The notes below the pieces were generated by a model that ran no database searches, was not told where the DNA came from, and worked only from the letters and a program-made list of their open reading frames with translations. From Candidatus Eiseniibacteriota bacterium (GTDB taxonomy: Bacteria; Eisenbacteria; RBG-16-71-46; DASYSL01), in assembly GCA_046598045.1 (NCBI GenBank), contig JBKJJJ010000213.1, positions 1-11,919 on the forward strand: DNA of 11,919 nucleotides, given 5' to 3'. Position numbers and translations under genes: made by a program. Position 1 is the stretch's first letter. Every line of letters starts with the position of its first letter. Of the stretch, positions 1-6,684 are shown in pieces.

Positions 1-1593
1 CTCCGAGCCGGAGATCTGGTCGAACGCCATCCAGTCGACCCGATAGAGGGTGTAGTACGCCGGCTCCGGGTGCTGGATGCCGCGCATGTCGACGCGGCCC
101 ATGCGCAGCGCGGTCAGGCACGACGCGTACGGGCTCTCGAAGATCATGCGGTAGGGTCGGTCGGCGCGGTCGACCAGGTAGGGCGCGCGCGACACGCCCT
201 CGTAGCGCAGGTTGGTCACCAGGTCGTCGTACGGATAGCGCTGAAGCAGCGGTGTGATCGCGGGCGTGACCAGCCCGGCGAGGTCGAGCACGGGCCGGTC
301 CGCGAAGTACGCAAAAGCTCCGATGTCCGGGATCGCGATCTCCGTCCCGGGCTCCGTGTGCGCGCGGCACCAGCGGCCGAGCGCGCCGAGCGTGCCATCG
401 ACGTCATTGCTGAACGCCTCCGCCTGCGGCACGACGTAGCGCATGTAGGTGTAGAGGCTGTTCCCGACCGAGAGCGCGCCGGCCAGCGCAAGCCCCGCGA
501 TCGCGAGCCTCGGGCGGCGGCGCGAGCCCGCGGCGAGCCACGCCAGCGTGCCCCACGCGTAAGCGACGATCAGCGGGAAGAGCGGCATGAGGTAGCGCGA
601 AATCGCCGGCACACCCCGGGCGGCGTAGAGCAGGGGCAATCCGAGCAGCCAGGCCAGCGGCACGAAGTGATCGGCGCGCCGCACCCAGAAGCGCGATGCC
701 AGTGCGGGCGCGAGCGCGATCAGGACCAGAAACTCGACGCCGCGCGCAGCGACCACGGCCTTGCCCTGCGTGAGCAGCAGGCGCGCGAACACGCCCGGGC
801 CGATCCCGGCCGCGGTCTTGGCGGCGAGCGTCGCGGGAAGCAAGGTGTGGTAGAGCGCGAGCGCGTAGGCCAGCCACGCCCCGTGCACGAGCACGATCGG
901 CAGCATCACCCAGGCGACGCGCACGAGCTTGAGCCGCGCGGGGCTGCCCGTGATCACGATCCGCACGAGCAACAACACGAGCAGGACCGACGCCTCCGGC
1001 CGCGCGAGCGCCGCGAGCGACCACCACGCGGCGGGGACGAGCACGCGGTTCCCCCACGGGCGCTGCGACACATAGGAGGCGAAGCCCGCGGTCACGAGGA
1101 ACACCGCGAGCGCGGTTTCCATCCCGGTCGCGGACCAGCGCACGAGCCACGCGTCGCCGGCGAACGCGACCGTCGCGAGCGACCACGCGAGCTCCGAACG
1201 CCCGGCGCCGTAGCCCTGCTCCGAAACCCAGGACTCGAGGAAGCGGCGCAGGAAGATCGCGAACGCGACGATCGACAGCGCCCCGAACAGCATGGAGAGG
1301 CCACGCGCGAGCGCGAGCAGGTCGATCCCCGTGCGGCCGAGGAAGCCGAGCCCGAGGCTCCACAGCGGCGACGTCGTGCCGAACACCGGTTGCCCGATGT
1401 TGAACACGAGGCCGAGCCCGTCACGGCAGTGCTTCGCGTAGACGAGATGGATGTAGGTGTCGTCGGTCACCGACATCCGGATCGGCCACAGGAGCGCGCC
1501 GTAGAACGCGAGCGCGACGAGCATCACCAGGCCGGTGCGCAGGCGGCGCAGGCCCTGCTTGCGGCGATCGGCCGGGGTGAGCGCGGGCCTCAC
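1..1593 (-). CDS. Polytopic membrane GT-C-fold glycosyltransferase (AftB/arabinofuranosyltransferase-like, polyprenol-phosphate-sugar dependent); 3' end runs off the window
   Basis: Translated by hand; it is missing from the ORF track, probably because it has no stop in the window. GTG at 1593-1591 overlaps the upstream TGA (1592-1590) and follows a GGGGGT SD-like run. The frame is open to base 1 (531 codons). It begins MRPALTPADRRKQGLRRLRTGLVMLVALAFYGALLWPIRMSVTDDTYIHLVYAKHCRDGLGLVFNIGQPVFGTTSPLW. Family motifs are DD after TM1 (1459-1464), GxGxVFNxGxxVxGxTSPLW, GMET, LARPE, PATLAAK, SRYLMP and DIGAFAYFADRPVLDLAGLVTP, with many hydrophobic helices. Confidence 0.85.
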   Translation of the reverse strand, partial: MRPALTPADRRKQGLRRLRTGLVMLVALAFYGALLWPIRMSVTDDTYIHLVYAKHCRDGLGLVFNIGQPVFGTTSPLWSLGLGFLGRTGIDLLALARGLSMLFGALSIVAFAIFLRRFLESWVSEQGYGAGRSELAWSLATVAFAGDAWLVRWSATGMETALAVFLVTAGFASYVSQRPWGNRVLVPAAWWSLAALARPEASVLLVLLLVRIVITGSPARLKLVRVAWVMLPIVLVHGAWLAYALALYHTLLPATLAAKTAAGIGPGVFARLLLTQGKAVVAARGVEFLVLIALAPALASRFWVRRADHFVPLAWLLGLPLLYAARGVPAISRYLMPLFPLIVAYAWGTLAWLAAGSRRRPRLAIAGLALAGALSVGNSLYTYMRYVVPQAEAFSNDVDGTLGALGRWCRAHTEPGTEIAIPDIGAFAYFADRPVLDLAGLVTPAITPLLQRYPYDDLVTNLRYEGVSRAPYLVDRADRPYRMIFESPYASCLTALRMGRVDMRGIQHPEPAYYTLYRVDWMAFDQISGSE

Positions 1594-2660
1594 GCGGCCA
1601 CCCCCGCGAGCGCGGCGTAGCGCCCCTCGATGCGCGCGACGTTCGCCGCCCAATCGCCTTCGGCCTCGACCTTGGCGCGATTGAGCGCGCGCGCGCCGCG
1701 GCGGAACGCCTCGTCCCCGAGCGTATCGACCAGCGCGGCGGAGAGCGCCGCGGCGCCCCCCACCGGGAAGAACCGCCCGCCCGCCCGGTCGGTGAGCCAC
1801 TCGCGGTTGCCCGCGATGTCGGACACGACGGGGACCGCGCCCGAGGCCATGGCCTCGAGCAGCGAGATCGACGTCGAATCCGAGCGCGAAGCCGAAACGT
1901 ACACCGCGGCCTCCGCGAGCAGCGTCGCAAGGCGCTCGTGCGGCACGCGGCCCGTGAACGTGACCGCGTCCGCGAGCCCGAGCGCGTGCACGCGCGCCTC
2001 GAGTGCCGCGCGCTCCGGCCCGTCGCCGGCGATCGTGACCGTCAGAAGGGGCACCGCGGCGCGGACGGCGGGGAGCGCCTCGACCAGCGTCGCGACGTCG
2101 TACAGGGGTTCGAGCATGCGCAGGCTCACGACGTGCGGGGCGGAGACGAACGGCGCAAGCGGGAAGCGCGCGAGGTCCGCGCCCCAGGGCACGACGAGGA
2201 GCCGCTCCCGGTGCGCACCGAATCGGAGCGCGGCCTCACCCAGCACGCGCGCGTCGGCCAGCACGAGGTCCGCGTGCGTGAGCGCGAAGCGCGCGCGCGC
2301 GGCGTGGAGCGGCGAGCGCCGCGCGGAGACGAGCAGGTCCGAGCCCCAGCACTGGACGGAGAGCGGGTGCCGGCCGACGAGCGCGGCGAGGAACCCGTAA
2401 TTCGGCACGTAATGGGCCTCGACCAGGTCGGGAGCGAACGCGTCGAGCGCGCGCACGAACATGCCGCGCGCCAGCGGCACGCTCAGCGCGCGCGGCAGCG
2501 GCAGGGCTCGAACGACCGTGACCGGCGCGTCGCCCGGGCCCGGACTCGCGGGCGGCTGCTCGAGCGAGAACACGCGGACGTCGTGGCCGCGCCCCGTGAG
2601 GACGGACGCCCAGCGCCGCGTGTGCAGCGCGTCCGCGTTCCCGAGCACCGCGATCCTCAT
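1590..2660 (-). CDS. Glycosyltransferase family 4 (GT-B), 356 aa
   Basis: The real start lies inside track ORF 1590..3212, at MRIAVLGNADALHTRRW. The ATG at 2660 overlaps the upstream TGA and has AGGAGG at 2665-2670. Motifs are HYVPNYG, WGSDLL, RMLEPLYDV, IAGDGPER, FTGRVPH and SRSDSTSISLLEAMASGAVPVVSDIAGNREW (D/E-x7-E nucleotide-sugar-binding motif). Confidence 0.92.
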   Translation of the reverse strand: MRIAVLGNADALHTRRWASVLTGRGHDVRVFSLEQPPASPGPGDAPVTVVRALPLPRALSVPLARGMFVRALDAFAPDLVEAHYVPNYGFLAALVGRHPLSVQCWGSDLLVSARRSPLHAARARFALTHADLVLADARVLGEAALRFGAHRERLLVVPWGADLARFPLAPFVSAPHVVSLRMLEPLYDVATLVEALPAVRAAVPLLTVTIAGDGPERAALEARVHALGLADAVTFTGRVPHERLATLLAEAAVYVSASRSDSTSISLLEAMASGAVPVVSDIAGNREWLTDRAGGRFFPVGGAAALSAALVDTLGDEAFRRGARALNRAKVEAEGDWAANVARIEGRYAALAGVAA

Positions 2661-3703
2661 TCGGCCTCCTCGTGCGCGGGGTGGAGCGCGCGGCGGCGCT
2701 GCTCCCTTGCGCGCACCAGCAACGCGTGCCACGGCGTGCGCGGCCGGGGCGTCAGCTCGAGCACGGGAATCGCGAGCGCCCGCGCGCCGAGTTGCTCCTT
2801 GAAATCGGTCAGGCGCGACCGCCTGCCCGAGAACCCGAGGTTCACGCGCCGGGAGCCGCAGTCCTCGATCATGCGCGCCAGCATCGCCGGGTACGCGCGC
2901 ACCGGGCGCGCCCGGGGCGACGCGCCGCTCCACCACGCGTAGGTCTCCTCCTCGGAGACGAAGGCGAGCACACCGCAAACGATCTCGCCCTCGAGGCGGG
3001 CGATCCACAGGCGCGCGTCGCCGGGCGGCTCGAGCAACGCGGTGAAGAACGCGAGCGTGCGCGGGTCGCGACCGCCCCACGCGCGCAGCTGATCCCGGTA
3101 GAGCGCGTACACGCGCGGCAGGTCGGCCGGGCCGCCGGTCTCGAGCAGGACGCCGCGTTGCGCGCCCTGCCCGAGCATGCGCCGGGCCGCGTTGTCGAGA
3201 CCCGCGCGCCACGCTGCCGCGCCGCCGGAGAGGTCGATCACGTGCGCTTCGTCATGGCGCACTGCGCCCAGCGTGGGCGGTGGCAGGAGCGCCTCGCCCC
3301 CCGCTGCGGCGCACCAGCCGGTGAGGGTGACGTCCCCGCCGAGCCAGCCCTCGGCGCGCGCGGCCTCGGAGAGGGCGCGCCACAGGGCCCGGGCCGCGGG
3401 CGCGAGCGCGTCCGGTCCGAGGGCTGCGAGCGCCGGATCGAACAGCGGCCCCGCCGGCGCGCCGAATGGCTGCGACCGATACCACGCCCCGCCGAACCGG
3501 CGCTCGAGCCGCCCCGGCAGCACGGCGACCAGCCGCCCGCCGTCGTGCACCGTGAACGGCCGCGGCGCCCAGCCGAGGCCATGGGCGTCGAACGCGCACT
3601 CGAACGCTTCGCCGCTGGCGAACGAACGGCCGGCGGCGGTCGCCACGAAGCGGGCGACCTCCGCCGGCCGCTCGCGCAGGCCGTGGGCAACGAGGTCGCT
3701 CAA
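2657..3703 (-). CDS. FemAB-like / Acetyltransf_6-type GNAT family acyl- or aminoacyl-transferase, about 348 aa
   Basis: This is the C-terminal part of track ORF 2657..4444. The likely start is TTG at 3703-3701, overlapping the upstream TGA (TTGA). Fem-like features are SQPFGAPAGPL, HVIDLSGG, ARRMLGQGAQRGV, FFTALL, YAWWSGAS and VNLGFSGRRSRLTDFKEQLGA (cf. FDFGxS...LxxFKxxFG). The start position is less certain than the family call. Confidence 0.8.
   Translation of the reverse strand: MSDLVAHGLRERPAEVARFVATAAGRSFASGEAFECAFDAHGLGWAPRPFTVHDGGRLVAVLPGRLERRFGGAWYRSQPFGAPAGPLFDPALAALGPDALAPAARALWRALSEAARAEGWLGGDVTLTGWCAAAGGEALLPPPTLGAVRHDEAHVIDLSGGAAAWRAGLDNAARRMLGQGAQRGVLLETGGPADLPRVYALYRDQLRAWGGRDPRTLAFFTALLEPPGDARLWIARLEGEIVCGVLAFVSEEETYAWWSGASPRARPVRAYPAMLARMIEDCGSRRVNLGFSGRRSRLTDFKEQLGARALAIPVLELTPRPRTPWHALLVRAREQRRRALHPAHEEAE
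2665..2670 (-). promoter_or_regulatory. Shine-Dalgarno site for the GT4 starting at 2660
   Basis: The minus strand reads AGGAGG-CCGA-ATG, embedded in the last codons of the GNAT gene. Confidence 0.6.
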
Positions 3704-3957
3704 CGCAGGAGCAACACCCGGCTCTTGCGCGTCACGCCTCCCGCCTGGATCTGGAAGAAGTAGACGCCCGGGCGCACGCGTTGCCCGTTCTCGTCGGTGC
3801 CGTCCCACAGCGCGCCGGTCGAGGCATTGCCGAGCAGCCGCTTCACGACGCGGCCGTTCAGGTTGTAGACCTTGCCCTTGAACGGTCCGGCCACGTCGCT
3901 CGCGCGGATCACCGTGCCCGCGGCCGACAGGAACGCCGGGTTCGGGAAGACGCCGAA
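3700..3957 (-). other. C-terminal T9SS type-A-CTD-like / FlgD-Ig domain
   Basis: FGVFPNP (3957-3937), VYNLNGRVV, WDGTDENG, PGVYF and a terminal K-x-x-VLLLR, preceded by the SAASGGGGVVSSGSS linker. Confidence 0.75.
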
Positions 3958-5913
3958 GCTGGAACCGCTCGAGACCACGCCCCCGCCGCCCGACGCCGCC
4001 GAGGGGTTGTAACGATTGACCCCGAGCACGCTGCCGATCCAGATATCGCCGGTGACGCGATCCGCGTAGACGGCGTGGACGTCGTCGCTCAGGAGGGGCG
4101 AGTTGTCCGCCGTGAAGATCTCGACCGAGCGGTCGGGCCGACGATGGAACAATCCGCCGGCGGTCGCCCACCACACGCCGCCCTGGGCGTCGATCGAGAG
4201 CGGGTGGATCGCGCCCTGCGACGACGGCGCCTGCGTTCCCACGTTCTCGACCCGCGTGCGCGTCGCGCGCGAGTAGCGCGACAGCCCGTCCGAGGTCGCG
4301 ATCCAAACCGAGTCCCCGTTCATCTCGATCGCCCAGGTGTCGTCGTTGAGCAAGCCGCCCGCGCCCATCGAGAAGTGCGCTGCGCGCGTGTTGAGCGTGG
4401 GATCGGTGAATACGTCGACGCCGAGCCGCGCGTAGGCGACCCACATCTCGAACGCCGCGCCGGGCGCGAACGTGATCGCGCGGATCTGGGGCCCGCTCAT
4501 GGCCTGGCCGTTCTGCGGGTTGTAGTTGCTGCGCGCCTCATTGAGCGCGAGGCGGTTCAATCCGAGCGGCGTGATCGTCCCGAGCGCCGGCGTGTCGAGC
4601 CCGAACCAGCGCGCGCCGTCGGGCGCCACCGCGCTCGACCACAGGAACGTGTCGCGCGCGTCGTACGTGGGCTCGAGCGGATCGTAGTACTGCGTGGTCA
4701 CGGGCGGATCGGTGGAGTCGTTGATGCGCGTCAGGCCGGCGCCCCATAGCCCCGTCCAGATCGTGCCGTCGTTGTCGACCAGCAGGCCGAACGCGTCCGA
4801 GGCGATCAGCGTCGTATCCTGCGTCGCGCCGGCTTGCGGCGAGAACGTGCGCCAGCTCGTGCCGTCGAAGCGCGACACGCCCCGGTCGCGCGTGGAGATG
4901 TAGAGCGTCGAGCCGCGGAGCTGCATCCCCTGGACCCAGTTGCCCCCCGGGCCGGGCGCAACGCGCTGCTGCCAGCCGGAGCCGGTCCAGCGCCAGAGCC
5001 CTTCGCTGCTGCCCGCCCAGAAATTGCCGCTCGGATCCTCGTCCACCCAGGCGCTGGCCGGGTACCCCGCGCCGAAGGTCTGCCAGGTCGACGCACCGTC
5101 CCAGCGGAAGACACCGCTGGATGCGCCCGCGAACAGCGCACTCTCGGTCGCCGAGAGCGTCCGCACCGGCGAGGCTGCGAGGCCGGTCCCGGCCTGCGAC
5201 CACGTGCCGGTCTGCCCGCCTCTGTAGACGTCGTTCGCGCTCGCGCACCAGACCTCGCCGGCGAACCCGGCGATCGCACGCACGTTGGTCGAGAGCAGGC
5301 CGGACACGCGACGCTGCCACGTCACGCCCTCGCTCGAGCGCGTGACGTACACGCCGTCGCTGGTCGCGATGTAGGCCGAGTCGCCGACGATTGCGATCGC
5401 GTTGATGACGTTGGACACGAACGGCGACGGGTTCACGCCGTCCGGCCACACGGCCGACAGCGTGAAGCCGTCGAACAGTGCGAGACCGCCCGTGGTCCCG
5501 ACCCACATCCCGACCGGCGAAGGCTCGAGGCAGGTCACCGCCTCGGACGGCAGTCCGTCGAACGCCGTCAGCGCGCGCCACTCGCCGAGCGCGGTGAGCA
5601 CGCTCACGCCCTTGTCGCGCGTCCCGAACCAGGTGTTGCCCGCGGCGTCCACGTCGACCTCGGCGATCGCGTTGGATGCGAGCTGCGTGGGCGCCTTGCT
5701 GTAGCGTGTGAACGCGCCGGTCAGGGCGTCGTAGCGATGGAGCCCGAGGTCCGAGGCGCACCAGGTCGCGCCCGCGACCGCCTTGACCGAATTGAGGCTG
5801 TTCGCGTTGTTGTAGGTGTCCCAGCGCGCGGCCGACGCCGGCGTCGCGAACAGCACGAGAAGCGCGAACAGGCCGGATTCGAGGGCGCGTGGGACAGTAG
5901 GGCGCTGCGTCAT
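3700..5913 (-). CDS. Secreted multi-blade beta-propeller protein with C-terminal T9SS-CTD/FlgD-Ig-like domain (PorZ-like architecture), 737 aa
   Basis: ATG has GGAG 7 nt upstream. There is a signal peptide ending ...FALLVLFATPASA|ARW and repeated Reg_prop-like blades (NTWFGTRDKGVSVL, DGLPSEAVTCL, MWVGTTGGLALFDG, FWAGSSEGLWRW, VWIATSDGLSRY, VWWATAGGLF, FTADNSPLLSDDV...TGDIWIGSVLGVNRY). A Gly/Ser linker leads to VFPNP...VYNLNGRVV...WDGTDENGQRVRPGVYF...KSRVLLLR. PorZ orthology is inferred from remembered motif similarity, not from a search. Confidence 0.85.
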   Translation of the reverse strand: MTQRPTVPRALESGLFALLVLFATPASAARWDTYNNANSLNSVKAVAGATWCASDLGLHRYDALTGAFTRYSKAPTQLASNAIAEVDVDAAGNTWFGTRDKGVSVLTALGEWRALTAFDGLPSEAVTCLEPSPVGMWVGTTGGLALFDGFTLSAVWPDGVNPSPFVSNVINAIAIVGDSAYIATSDGVYVTRSSEGVTWQRRVSGLLSTNVRAIAGFAGEVWCASANDVYRGGQTGTWSQAGTGLAASPVRTLSATESALFAGASSGVFRWDGASTWQTFGAGYPASAWVDEDPSGNFWAGSSEGLWRWTGSGWQQRVAPGPGGNWVQGMQLRGSTLYISTRDRGVSRFDGTSWRTFSPQAGATQDTTLIASDAFGLLVDNDGTIWTGLWGAGLTRINDSTDPPVTTQYYDPLEPTYDARDTFLWSSAVAPDGARWFGLDTPALGTITPLGLNRLALNEARSNYNPQNGQAMSGPQIRAITFAPGAAFEMWVAYARLGVDVFTDPTLNTRAAHFSMGAGGLLNDDTWAIEMNGDSVWIATSDGLSRYSRATRTRVENVGTQAPSSQGAIHPLSIDAQGGVWWATAGGLFHRRPDRSVEIFTADNSPLLSDDVHAVYADRVTGDIWIGSVLGVNRYNPSAASGGGGVVSSGSSFGVFPNPAFLSAAGTVIRASDVAGPFKGKVYNLNGRVVKRLLGNASTGALWDGTDENGQRVRPGVYFFQIQAGGVTRKSRVLLLR
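5830..5913 (-). other. Predicted Sec/SPase I signal peptide of the beta-propeller protein
   Basis: MTQRPTVPRALESGLFALLVLFATPASA has a basic n-region, a hydrophobic core and an A-S-A cleavage site, with no lipobox Cys. Confidence 0.75.
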
Positions 5914-5920
5914 GAAAGGT

Positions 5921-5924
5921 CTCC
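5921..5924 (-). promoter_or_regulatory. Shine-Dalgarno site for the beta-propeller gene
   Basis: The minus strand reads GGAG-ACCTTTC-ATG (7-nt spacer) in the 34-bp gap 5914-5947. Confidence 0.55.
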
Positions 5925-5947
5925 GTGCGCGGGAGGGCGTCCGCGCG

Positions 5948-6682
5948 TCACGGGGTGAGAACCAGCAAGGCCGTCTGGCCGAGGAGGTCCATGATCCGGA
6001 GGCGCCAGACCATCCAGGCGGCCTCCCAAACGATCTTGTTGTTCATCTTCGAGACACCCGCCCGGCGATCCACGAACGTGATCGGGATCTCCATGATCTT
6101 GAACCCCTTGCGCCAACACTTGTAGCTCATTTCGATCTGGAATGCATAGCCGTCCGATTTGACCTGGTCCAGGTTCACGGACTCGAGCGCCCTGCGGCGA
6201 AAGCACTTGAAGCCCCCCGTGGCGTCGCGGACGGGCAGGCCGGTGATCAGGCGCGTATAGACGTTCGCCGAATACGACAGGATCAGCCGGCTGAGCGGCC
6301 AGTGTACGACGGTCACGCCGTCGAGGTAGCGCGAGCCGAGGACCACGTCGGCCTTCTCGACCGCCACCAGGAAGTCCGCGATCGCGTCCGGATTGTGTGA
6401 GAAATCGGCGTCCATCTCGAACACCAGCTGGGCGCCCTGCGCGAGCGCGTAGCGGAACCCGGCGACGTAGGCCGAGCCGAGGCCGAGCTTGCCGGGGCGG
6501 CTGATCAGGTGAATGCGCGGGTCGGCCTCCCGGCGCTGGGCCACGAGCTCGCCGGTGGCGTCGGGCGAGTTGTCGTCCACCACCAACACCTCGAGCCCGT
6601 GCGGCAGTGCGAGCAACTGGTCGAGCAGCGTGCCGATGTTGTCGCGCTCATTATAGGTCGGAATGATGACGAGCCGTTCCAT
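5948..6682 (-). CDS. Polyprenol monophosphomannose synthase-like GT2 (Ppm1/DPM1 family), 244 aa
   Basis: This is the C-terminal part of track ORF 5948..8989. It starts at MERLVIIPTYNERDN (ATG 6682-6680, 2 nt after the upstream stop). Motifs are IIPTYNE, VVDDNSPDAT, GKLGLGSAYVAGF, EMDADFSH, LGSRY, DATGGFKCFRR, GYAFQIEM and EIPITFVDRRAGVSKM. Sugar specificity cannot be proven from sequence. Confidence 0.93.
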   Translation of the reverse strand: MERLVIIPTYNERDNIGTLLDQLLALPHGLEVLVVDDNSPDATGELVAQRREADPRIHLISRPGKLGLGSAYVAGFRYALAQGAQLVFEMDADFSHNPDAIADFLVAVEKADVVLGSRYLDGVTVVHWPLSRLILSYSANVYTRLITGLPVRDATGGFKCFRRRALESVNLDQVKSDGYAFQIEMSYKCWRKGFKIMEIPITFVDRRAGVSKMNNKIVWEAAWMVWRLRIMDLLGQTALLVLTP

Positions 6683-6684
6683 GG

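Noticed and set aside
70..1620. 516-aa plus-strand ORF
   Set aside because: It is the codon-aligned antisense of the GT-C gene, is Arg/Glu/His-rich and has no recognisable motifs. This is a typical high-GC shadow ORF.
2281..2302. GC dinucleotide runs and short palindromes (e.g. gcgcgcgcgcgc)
   Set aside because: These are Ala/Arg codons in high-GC coding sequence, with no regular spacing that would indicate CRISPR, REP or tandem repeats.
3700..5913. Hybrid two-component sensor or flagellar hook-cap FlgD
   Set aside because: There is no TM, kinase or receiver domain and no flagellar context. The FlgD-like part is only the C-terminal Ig module.
5948..6300. Locally more AT-rich stretch suggesting foreign DNA
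   Set aside because: It is explained by Lys/Ile/Phe/Asn/Met-rich conserved GT2 sequence. Third codon positions remain mostly G/C, and there are no mobility genes or flanking repeats.
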